A stretch of 64,000 nucleotides of DNA, taken from contig OZ245863.1 of NCBI GenBank assembly GCA_965229165.1, positions 1,750,387 to 1,814,386 on the forward strand, given 5' to 3'. The notes under the pieces are model-generated. The model ran no database searches, was not told where the DNA came from, and saw only the letters and a list, made by a program, of their open reading frames with translations. Position numbers and translations under genes: made by a program. Position 1 is the stretch's first letter, and the number at the start of each line of letters is the position of its first letter. This document shows positions 50,470-57,953 of the stretch, piece after piece. This stretch comes from Bacteroidia bacterium. Lineage in GTDB: Bacteria; Bacteroidota; Bacteroidia; B-17B0; Aurantibacillaceae.

Positions 50470-50497
50470 CAAATAATTGGACAACAAAATATGCCAG

Positions 50498-50630
50498 CCG
50501 CTAACATCGGTTTGGCAAAAGCAGGGCTGACGTGGTAAATTGAACATTTGTACTTCTAATAAACATTTGTGGTTTATTAAAAATTTGTGCTTCTATTCCC
50601 TGCCTTCGCCAAGCCGAAAACCGTTAGCGG
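50498..50630 (+). repeat. attC-like site 1 (133 bp)
   Basis: CCGCTAAC-A-TCGGTTTGGCAAAAGCAGGG ... CCCTGCCTTCGCCAAGCCGA-AAACC-GTTAGCGG. Confidence 0.85.
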
Positions 50631-50644
50631 TAATTTGTAAACCC

Positions 50645-51037
50645 ATGACAGAAGAAAATCTAAAAATATTAGGCTATAATAAAATTTGGCTGGACAATGA
50701 AATCTTGACTACAGCTCTTTTACAGACGCAGGTAATTGAATTTAGGACGGGCCAAGACACTAATAAAGAACATTATCGTTATAGTACTTTTAAAAATTAT
50801 TTACTGACACAACCTGAATTAACAAATAGAAAAGTTCTGCAACTTTTCGACATTATTAAAATTGACTCGGACATTTCCTTAGCGACTACTATGGGTCTCG
50901 ACATGTTAAAAATAAGACATCTTAATACTGAGCAATTTCAATTTGTGGCGGACAATTTAATACAAATTTTCGGACTCGACATTCAAAAGCATATAGACAG
51001 GGAAACTATGTGGAGACAGGAGAGACTGAAAAAATAA
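50645..51037 (+). CDS. Cassette 2: hypothetical helical protein
   Basis: True start is ATG 50645 (MTEENLKILGY); the ORF-track start at 50540 lies inside attC1. Confidence 0.7.
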   Translation: MTEENLKILGYNKIWLDNEILTTALLQTQVIEFRTGQDTNKEHYRYSTFKNYLLTQPELTNRKVLQLFDIIKIDSDISLATTMGLDMLKIRHLNTEQFQFVADNLIQIFGLDIQKHIDRETMWRQERLKK

Positions 51038-51044
51038 CAAACTA

Positions 51045-51141
51045 CCGCTAACAGCACCTACTGGTAATTTTTTGCGTGTTAACGCTCAAATGTGTAACTT
51101 GACATAGCAAAAAACTGTAAGTAGCCGCAAAACGTTAGCGG
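51045..51141 (+). repeat. attC-like site 2 (97 bp)
   Basis: CCGCTAAC...CTAC...TTTTTTGC...GCAAAAAA...GTAG...GTTAGCGG. Confidence 0.85.
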
Positions 51142-51187
51142 TCATTGTTAGGACAAGACCCGAAAATATCGTACCTTTATAGAATAG

Positions 51188-51583
51188 ATGTTGACATCCG
51201 GTAAAATATTATTTAAGACCAAATTAAATAAATGGTTGCTGACTGCAATAGTTTTTCTTAGTGTTTTTTCTTTTTCTGGTTACTCAGGACAGTCCCAAAC
51301 GCGACAGGCAGCATTAAAGCAGACAGAATTGTTTGTTACCGTTACTTCCAAGACAAATAAGCCAACGATTTCTTATAAAAAAGCTTTAGCCTCATTTTTC
51401 AGCTTATCTAATTCAATATCGTTTGACCCAAATAGCATTTTGCTATTCAACGGGTTGACCAAAATTAAATTTGACAATTTGTCAAAACAAGACTTTATAG
51501 TTTTCTGTTCAGGCCGACACTTTCAAAGCAAAATTATCCCTCAAAGCCAAGACGAGGAATGTCTAATTTCTCACATAGGGTAA
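51188..51583 (+). CDS. Cassette 3 gene A: hypothetical protein with N-terminal hydrophobic segment
   Basis: 131-aa ORF preceded by a TACCTTTA -7-like box. Confidence 0.6.
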   Translation: MLTSGKILFKTKLNKWLLTAIVFLSVFSFSGYSGQSQTRQAALKQTELFVTVTSKTNKPTISYKKALASFFSLSNSISFDPNSILLFNGLTKIKFDNLSKQDFIVFCSGRHFQSKIIPQSQDEECLISHIG

Positions 51584-51661
51584 TTCTATCCTAATCTGAA
51601 TTTCTTACTTATTAATTCATTTTACAGTTGTATTAAACAATTGTAAGCATTCAAAAATATT

Positions 51662-51862
51662 ATGCAAAGCTTCAAAAAAACAATGAGGCTCTTTGGCTTG
51701 GGACTACTTATAGTATTGGCTACTTTAGGAGTTGGAATTGGTGGTGGCGCACCAATATCGCCTAATAAAAAAAGAGAAGACTCTAATGAAATTAAAACTG
51801 AACTTGTTGAAATAAAAGACGACAAAACAAAGTTGACGGAAATTAAGGACGTAAAGCAGTAA
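51662..51862 (+). CDS. Cassette 3 gene B: small membrane/Gly-rich peptide
   Basis: Hydrophobic helix plus GVGIGGGAP and a charged tail; stop 22 nt before attC3. Confidence 0.6.
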   Translation: MQSFKKTMRLFGLGLLIVLATLGVGIGGGAPISPNKKREDSNEIKTELVEIKDDKTKLTEIKDVKQ

Positions 51863-51884
51863 CCTTCTGCTAAAAAACAACGAA

Positions 51885-52072
51885 CCGCTAACAGCACCTA
51901 CCAGTAATTGGCACGGACTCGGTCATCGCAAAGCCAATTATTGCCTGCTTCGCAGACCTTTAATTTGTTTTGGCTTTGCTAACAAACATTTGTATCTTTA
52001 AATAAACATTTGTAGGTATAGACAGTTGAGTGTTCCAAACGCCAACTACTGGTAGCTGCAAAACGTTAGCGG
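51885..52072 (+). repeat. attC-like site 3 (188 bp)
   Basis: CCGCTAAC-AGCAC-CTACCAGTA ... TACTGGTAG-CTGCAAAAC-GTTAGCGG. Confidence 0.85.
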
Positions 52073-52105
52073 TAAGTTCAAAAAGAATCTGAACAATAGA
52101 GCAAT

Positions 52106-53047
52106 ATGATAAACAGACTAATTATTATCTTTTCAATTTTAACACTTACAAAAGAAAAAGGATATGTAATGGGCGGATACGATGTATCTAAAGACGATAA
52201 ATACATTATATTTTCCGCATATTCAAAATCCAAAAATTCTAGCTCTATTTATAGAACTAATATTGACGGCACTAATACTATTTTAATTGTAGAAGCTACT
52301 AATGGTGAATCGTTTTGGAGTCCTAAATATTCCAACGACGGAAAGAAAATTGTATTTACTGGACAGAAAGGAGAAAGAAAAAATCCTTATTCTTTATATA
52401 TTGCGGACTCTAATGGAAACAACAAAGAAAAATTAACAGAAGGTTATGGGATAAATAGCATGTTTTTTTCCAAATATGGAAATAGAATTTTATATCTTAA
52501 GGATTCTAATTTTATAAAACACTTTCCGAATCGTGACGCCATAAGAAATACTACAGACATTTATTCATTCGAAATTGAGAAAAAAATTGAGAAAAAATTG
52601 TCTAATTTAAACGAATCCACAATTTTTCATTTATCTGAAATGGATAGTATTAGACTAATGTTTTTTAGTCCTGTCTTAGACGATTTTAAGCTTGCAGGCT
52701 CTGTAATTTATTCAATAGATAGTTCCAAAGTTATATCTTTAATTATTCCTTCGAATAACCCCAGGGGTACAGCAGATATGTATAGCGCACCTTATTTTTC
52801 AGCTAAGTATAATCAAATGTTGTTATTAGCCCCATACGAATTATATATAATGGATATGGACACAAAAATTGCAAGAATGTTATATCGTGACTCTAAAACA
52901 AATTCTGAGGGCTTAGGGATGATTGACGACTATTGCATGTTTAATAAAAAAAATAAAATTTTATTCCGTAAAAACCGCGAATTCAGTTTTTGCTTAATAA
53001 ATTCAAATGGTAAGGAATTCAATGAAATTCAAGTTATAATGCCTTAA
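52106..53047 (+). CDS. Cassette 4: TolB-like/PD40 propeller protein
   Basis: SPKYSNDGKKIVF and LYIADSNG repeats; N-terminal hydrophobic stretch. Confidence 0.75.
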   Translation: MINRLIIIFSILTLTKEKGYVMGGYDVSKDDKYIIFSAYSKSKNSSSIYRTNIDGTNTILIVEATNGESFWSPKYSNDGKKIVFTGQKGERKNPYSLYIADSNGNNKEKLTEGYGINSMFFSKYGNRILYLKDSNFIKHFPNRDAIRNTTDIYSFEIEKKIEKKLSNLNESTIFHLSEMDSIRLMFFSPVLDDFKLAGSVIYSIDSSKVISLIIPSNNPRGTADMYSAPYFSAKYNQMLLLAPYELYIMDMDTKIARMLYRDSKTNSEGLGMIDDYCMFNKKNKILFRKNREFSFCLINSNGKEFNEIQVIMP

Positions 53048-53094
53048 AGTTTAAAATAATTATTGACAACTAATTCGAAAGACACGAAAACCTA

Positions 53095-53284
53095 CCGCTA
53101 ACACGGGGCAATTGCGTCAGCGGGGTTGACAGGTAGTTTTTTTGCTTTGCTTTTGCCCCTTCGGGACTTTTATTTTCATAAAGCAAAAAAGAAAAAGTTT
53201 TGTATCTTTAATTTTAGTTTTCGGTTGGTAGAAAGTTTAACGGTTCTTTAACCCGCCGAAAGCAAGCCCCGAAACCGTTATAAC
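53095..53284 (+). repeat. attC-like site 4 (190 bp)
   Basis: CCGCTAAC-A-CGGGGC...GCGGGGTT ... AACCCGC...GCCCCG-AAACC-GTTATAAC. Confidence 0.8.
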
Positions 53285-53332
53285 CAATAAGGACGGACAA
53301 TTCCGTTAGGCAAAAAACTTTTCGTTAGACAA

Positions 53333-53938
53333 ATGACTTTCATATTAAAAATAATATTCTCGCTGACAATAGTTTTTCATTTAAACACAGCCTTTGGACA
53401 GACGCTAGATAAAGACAAGAATGTTTTTTATCACATTAGTTATATTGGCGGACCTCCAAACTCAGAGAACCATACCCTTTGTTGGTACACATGGACAGAA
53501 GTTCCGAATACACATTTTATTATTGAACACTTTTGCTGGAACAGGTGGGTAAAGCGCGGTAAAGTAACTGGCAAAGGGCGACCTGGAACAGGAGACTATA
53601 AGGGCAAAGAAGCAGGTAAATTTCAGTACCAATTTGGCATTACTCGACACAGCGGTGAAAACAAGTTTAGAGTATTGCTGATGAATGATTCCAATGTTTG
53701 CCTTGCAGTTTCCAAAGAACTAAACGGAATGCAACCGAGGACACCAAAAGCGACCTATAGCATCGAAAAAAAAGGAAAGGAAATTCTGTTCAGCTATAAG
53801 ACCTATTATGAAATGTACAACGCAAAAGACAGCCTAGTAAAATATGGCTGTGATAAAACTCTAAATTACTTTGACCTTCCCAAGGGTATTTACACATTGT
53901 ATTACGACAGTTCAACAACAACCTTTAAAATTAAGTAA
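53333..53938 (+). CDS. Cassette 5: exported hypothetical protein (beta-rich)
   Basis: Signal peptide; C-terminus loosely resembles a T9SS sorting domain (YEMYN...LPKGIYTLYY). Confidence 0.65.
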   Translation: MTFILKIIFSLTIVFHLNTAFGQTLDKDKNVFYHISYIGGPPNSENHTLCWYTWTEVPNTHFIIEHFCWNRWVKRGKVTGKGRPGTGDYKGKEAGKFQYQFGITRHSGENKFRVLLMNDSNVCLAVSKELNGMQPRTPKATYSIEKKGKEILFSYKTYYEMYNAKDSLVKYGCDKTLNYFDLPKGIYTLYYDSSTTTFKIK

Positions 53939-53991
53939 ATAAAAATATGCGGACACCCAAACAAGACTTAATCTGTGTGCGCCCCTACTAA

Positions 53992-54088
53992 GTGCTAACA
54001 GCACCTACTGGTAATTTTTTGCGTGTTAACGCTCAAATGCATAACTTGGACAAGCAAAAAACTAGGCCTGCTTGCAGGCCGTTATAAG
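53992..54088 (+). repeat. attC-like site 5 (97 bp)
   Basis: 43-nt block identical to attC2; ends GTTATAAG. Confidence 0.8.
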
Positions 54089-54156
54089 TAATAGGGCGGG
54101 ACAGACTTGACAGTTTGAAAAATAAATTGTACATTTAATAATCATTTGCAGACAAC

Positions 54157-54693
54157 ATGAAGATTCTTTTTCAAATACTATTGACAATTACAGTCTTATT
54201 TGTAAGCTGTAAAAAGGACGTCGGTATTGACTCCAAAAATATTGTTCAGGGACAAGTTCAATTCACCATCAATAACGGTGTCACTTTAAAACAATGCCTC
54301 GACGCTTTTAAAGACTTGGGAGTAACGGAATACGACTTGGCAAATTTCTATTACTCAAAGGTAATTCCCAATGACAGTATGAAATATTATTGGAGTCTTT
54401 TAAAGGCTAGACCTTACATTACGGTTTTTAATGTATTCAAAAAAACAGGTGACACACAAACTCGGTTTAATGCCCTTAAGTTTAAAAATCTAACTGACGC
54501 CAACTTTTATGAATGGGACAGCATAGTAAAAAAAGAATCGCTAATTGAAATGCCTGACATCGGTGACGGTAACCGTAGAAATGGTCTTATTTACATAGCG
54601 CCAGGACAGGAAAAAATTTGGATTGAAAGATTGAAAAAGTTATCTATAATTTACAGCGCAGATTACATGCGCGTTTATGAACCGTTTTGTTAA
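54157..54693 (+). CDS. Cassette 6: lipoprotein of unknown function
   Basis: Lipobox FVSC. Confidence 0.7.
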   Translation: MKILFQILLTITVLFVSCKKDVGIDSKNIVQGQVQFTINNGVTLKQCLDAFKDLGVTEYDLANFYYSKVIPNDSMKYYWSLLKARPYITVFNVFKKTGDTQTRFNALKFKNLTDANFYEWDSIVKKESLIEMPDIGDGNRRNGLIYIAPGQEKIWIERLKKLSIIYSADYMRVYEPFC

Positions 54694-54753
54694 TCGCTGA
54701 CAGTATCAATTTATTTGATGCGGACACCGACAAATACTGTGTGCGGCACATAA

Positions 54754-54851
54754 CCTATAACAGCACCTACTTGTAATTTTTTGCGTGTTAACGCTCAAAT
54801 GTGTAACTTGACAAAGCAAAAAGCGGAAGGCTAAGCGCCAAACGTTAAAGC
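54754..54851 (+). repeat. attC-like site 6 (98 bp)
   Basis: 42/43 identical to the attC2/attC5 block; ends GTTAAAGC. Confidence 0.8.
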
Positions 54852-54879
54852 AAGATACTTTTAAAAAAATAATTTAAAA

Positions 54880-55476
54880 ATGAAATACTACTTTATTCTA
54901 TTACTGTTTTTAATATTTCATTTTATGTTTTTTAAATCAAACGCACAAAAAATAAATCCTTCGTGCAATTTTAAAAAATTAAGCAAACTTATTTCTAAGG
55001 TTAGTCCAACGCAGTCAAAAAAAGATTTAGATAAATTATTTGGCGTTGAAGGTATTATGATTGGCGACAGTTCAAAATCAGACACAATTTCAATGCTTTA
55101 TAAATACCAGTTTTGCGACGATAATATGATTCACAGCTATACCGCTGCTTTTATAAAAAACCGGCTTTTATACATTTCAAAAGCCTTTAAAAATGGGCAA
55201 TGCTTTGGTGATGCCGAAAGTTTTCAAAAAAATATAAAAATTAGTTCCACCTATAACGAAGTGAAAGAAATTTTTAAAATAGACGGCGATTTAAAAAGGA
55301 TTTATTGGGATACAATTACCTCAACAGTGACGCAAATGGAATATGAATGGATGTGTTGCGATAACGTAAATTATTATTCTATTATTTTTAAAGACGGGAA
55401 GCTAGCAATATGCAATCGCTTTCCAATGAAGCAAGATTATAGCAGACCATCTAACGGTAAAAAAGGAAACCGGTAA
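54880..55476 (+). CDS. Cassette 7: exported tandem BLIP/DUF3862/SmpA-like domain protein
   Basis: Two repeats of the type IK..STY.EVKEIF..DG...YEW...IIFKDGK. Confidence 0.55.
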   Translation: MKYYFILLLFLIFHFMFFKSNAQKINPSCNFKKLSKLISKVSPTQSKKDLDKLFGVEGIMIGDSSKSDTISMLYKYQFCDDNMIHSYTAAFIKNRLLYISKAFKNGQCFGDAESFQKNIKISSTYNEVKEIFKIDGDLKRIYWDTITSTVTQMEYEWMCCDNVNYYSIIFKDGKLAICNRFPMKQDYSRPSNGKKGNR

Positions 55477-55487
55477 ATAAAAATTCT

Positions 55488-55589
55488 GTTGTGAGCTCCC
55501 ATTTATAGTACAAAAACGACGTGTACTTTTTTTAAATTATTTCTGTTTCTGCTTTCAGTCAAAAGGCATATACTGTATGGGGGCACAAC
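55488..55589. repeat. 102-bp element bounded by GTTGTG...CACAAC
   Basis: GTTGTGAGCTCCCAT ... ATGGGGGCACAAC imperfect terminal inverted repeat; inner AGTACA/TGTACT. Confidence 0.55.
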
Positions 55590-55625
55590 AATAATTTAAT
55601 AAAATTGAAACAACTTTTAAAAAAA

Positions 55626-56627
55626 TTAAAACAACTCTCCAACCAAACTTTCAAAACTCTTAACGGTTTCTTCTAAGCTCAGCATACTTTTTCCGCCGGC
55701 AGCATTTATGTGTCCGCCACCATTAAAGTAGTTGCGGGCAAAGGTGTTTACATCTATTTTGCCTTTACTTCTAAAACTAATTTTTATGTAACCTTCGGGG
55801 GCTTCGTTAAAAAAAGCACATACTTTTATGCCTTTTATGCCAAACGGATAATTTACTAAACCTTCGGTATCGCCTTTTTGATAATTAAATTTAGATAATT
55901 CTTTGTGTGTAATGGCAAAATAAGCCACCGGTAAATTTGGTACTACCTTCATTTTTTCGCTTAATGCATAGCCTACTAATCTTAAACGACTTTCGCTATA
56001 CGTATCGTAAATAGCACTGTGTATTTCGTTTGGAATAATGCCTGTTTTTAATAATTCGGCAATTACCAAATGTGTTTTTGCAGTTACACTTGGGTATCTA
56101 AAAGATCCGGTATCGGTCATTAAACCTGTATACAAACATGCTGCAATTTTTTTATTAATTAATTTTTTATCGCCTAAGCCAACAATTAAATCAAACACCA
56201 ATTCACAGGTACTGCAAGCTGCCACATCATGAAAATACAATTTAGCATATTGATCAGGTTGCTGATGGTGGTCAATTAATACTTTTGGTGCAGTACTTGT
56301 TTGTAAAAGGTCTCCTAATTTTTCTAAACGTTTAAACGTATTAAAATCTAAAGTAAAAATACAATCGGCACTGTGTATGGCTTTGCTAACTTTTGCTTCG
56401 TTAGTTTCAAATACCAAAACTTTGTTGTTTGCCGGTAACCAATGCAAAAAATCGGGGTAGGGGTTAGGCACTACTACTTTTACGGTTTTACCTAGTTGTG
56501 TTAAGTAGTGGTATAAGCCCAAACTGCTGCCCATGGCGTCGCCATCGGGGCTATAATGTGTTACAATTACTATATTTTTAACGGATTTTAAAAGGGTTTT
56601 AAATTTGGCGAAACTATCTTTTTGCAT
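55626..56627 (-). CDS. nrnA: DHH-family bifunctional oligoribonuclease/pAp phosphatase
   Basis: H.SPDGDA.GS, LDFN, IDHH, TDTGSF, GGGH.NAAG. Confidence 0.93.
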   Translation of the reverse strand: MQKDSFAKFKTLLKSVKNIVIVTHYSPDGDAMGSSLGLYHYLTQLGKTVKVVVPNPYPDFLHWLPANNKVLVFETNEAKVSKAIHSADCIFTLDFNTFKRLEKLGDLLQTSTAPKVLIDHHQQPDQYAKLYFHDVAACSTCELVFDLIVGLGDKKLINKKIAACLYTGLMTDTGSFRYPSVTAKTHLVIAELLKTGIIPNEIHSAIYDTYSESRLRLVGYALSEKMKVVPNLPVAYFAITHKELSKFNYQKGDTEGLVNYPFGIKGIKVCAFFNEAPEGYIKISFRSKGKIDVNTFARNYFNGGGHINAAGGKSMLSLEETVKSFESLVGELF

Positions 56628-56709
56628 GATTTTTTGGTTGAAAAGAGTAAATTTAAGCTGTTTGTAAATAAAAACAGCAAAATATTTTTTAATAAATAAA
56701 TTAAATATG

Positions 56710-56717
56710 TATATTTG
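56710..56717 (+). promoter_or_regulatory. -7 box upstream of rpsU
   Basis: TATATTTG. Confidence 0.6.
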
Positions 56718-56749
56718 CCCCTCTAAAATTAATTTAAAACAAAAAATAA

Positions 56750-56947
56750 ATGTTAATAGTTCAAATTAAAGAAGGCGATAATATTGAAAAAGCCTTAAAA
56801 AAGTACAAAAAGAAGTTTGAAAAAACAGGCGTGGTAAAACAATTACGTGAGCGTAGTAAATTTACAAAACCATCTATTGTACGTCGTACTCAAGTTATTA
56901 AAGCTGCTTACAAGCAAAAATTAATTATTGGTGCTATCGAAAAATAG
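56750..56947 (+). CDS. rpsU: 30S ribosomal protein S21
   Basis: IEKALKKYKKK..KTG...LRER..F.KPS..RR. Confidence 0.95.
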   Translation: MLIVQIKEGDNIEKALKKYKKKFEKTGVVKQLRERSKFTKPSIVRRTQVIKAAYKQKLIIGAIEK

Positions 56948-57021
56948 CCTTTAGTTTTTTTAATAAATATATTTATTGCAATCCTAATTTAAATGTTTTA
57001 CATTTATGTTAGGATTTTTTT

Positions 57022-57915
57022 ATGATTGAAAAGTGCCTTTCAGAATTTACATCTTACCTCACGCTTCAAAAAAGAGTAAGCCCTTTAACGGTGCAAAGCT
57101 ATCAATCAGACCTTAACCAGTTTTTTAAGTTTTTACAATCCGAATTAAACGCAGTTGATTTAACAACCATTACGCATCAGCACGCACGTGGTTTTATTGC
57201 ACATTTAATGGATAATAAAATTAGTCCGCGAAGCGTAAACCGTAAGTTAAGCAGTTTAAAATCGTTTTTTAAATTTCTTTTAAAACAGGGTGAAATACTA
57301 AGTAATCCTATTTCAAAAGTACAAGGACCCAAAGTCGCAAAAAAATTACCTGTTTTTGTTGACGAAAAACAAACGGAATATTTGTTTGATAACTATGTGT
57401 TTACAACCGATTTTGTTGGCATTCGTAATAAATTGATTATTGACATTTTTTACCAAACTGGCATAAGGAGAGCGGAGTTATTAAGCCTAAAAGAAACAAA
57501 TATTGATATTTACAATACTCAATTAAAAGTTTTAGGCAAACGTAATAAAGAACGTATAATTCCATTTGATATTTCGCTAAAACGCAACCTTGAGAACTAT
57601 ATTTCCGTAAAAAGGACTAACAACCTTGTAAACCCTATTTTGTTGGTTAGTGAAAAAGATACTCCTTTAAACACAAATACAATTACTAAAATTGTAAATG
57701 ATGTGTTGAGTGCTGTTACTACAAGTAAAAAGAAAAGTCCCCACATTTTGCGACACACCTTTGCTACCCATTTATTAAATAATGGGGCAGATATTAATGC
57801 CGTAAAAGAACTATTAGGGCACGCCAGTTTACAAGCCACTCAAATTTATACCCACAATACTATCGAAAAATTAAAAAAATCATACAACCAGGCGCATCCG
57901 CGCTCGGGTAATTAA
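57022..57915 (+). CDS. xerC: Tyrosine recombinase XerC
   Basis: R-K-HxxR-H-Y residues (GIRRAEL, GKRNKER, PHILRH, LGH, TQIYTH); no IntI-type insertion; conserved rpsU-xerC-hpf context. Confidence 0.88.
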   Translation: MIEKCLSEFTSYLTLQKRVSPLTVQSYQSDLNQFFKFLQSELNAVDLTTITHQHARGFIAHLMDNKISPRSVNRKLSSLKSFFKFLLKQGEILSNPISKVQGPKVAKKLPVFVDEKQTEYLFDNYVFTTDFVGIRNKLIIDIFYQTGIRRAELLSLKETNIDIYNTQLKVLGKRNKERIIPFDISLKRNLENYISVKRTNNLVNPILLVSEKDTPLNTNTITKIVNDVLSAVTTSKKKSPHILRHTFATHLLNNGADINAVKELLGHASLQATQIYTHNTIEKLKKSYNQAHPRSGN

Positions 57916-57953
57916 ACTATTAAGTAATCCCTATTAACTAACAACTAAATAAA

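Larger units (their letters stand above)
49540..55589 (+). mobile_element. Integron-like gene cassette array without an integrase in the window (CALIN-like), 7 cassettes
   Basis: Co-oriented short ORFs, each followed by an imperfect AAC...GTT palindrome; cassette ends are complementary to each other. Confidence 0.85.

Noticed and set aside
50540-50644. N-terminal extension of the cassette 2 ORF in the ORF track
   Set aside because: It is translated attC1 sequence; the plausible start is ATG 50645.
50498-54851. Repeats as a CRISPR array
   Set aside because: Units are 97-190 bp, variable, and separated by whole genes rather than 30-40-nt spacers; no cas genes are present.
43910-55600. tRNA-Asp-anchored integrative island
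   Set aside because: I found no duplicated tRNA 3' end near 55.6 kb and no integrase beside the tRNA.
57022-57915. Tyrosine recombinase 1.4 kb from the array as the integron integrase
   Set aside because: It has the length and motifs of XerC, lacks the IntI-specific insertion before HxxR, lies at the wrong end of the array, and sits in the conserved rpsU-xerC-hpf cluster. A role in trans cannot be excluded but nothing supports it.
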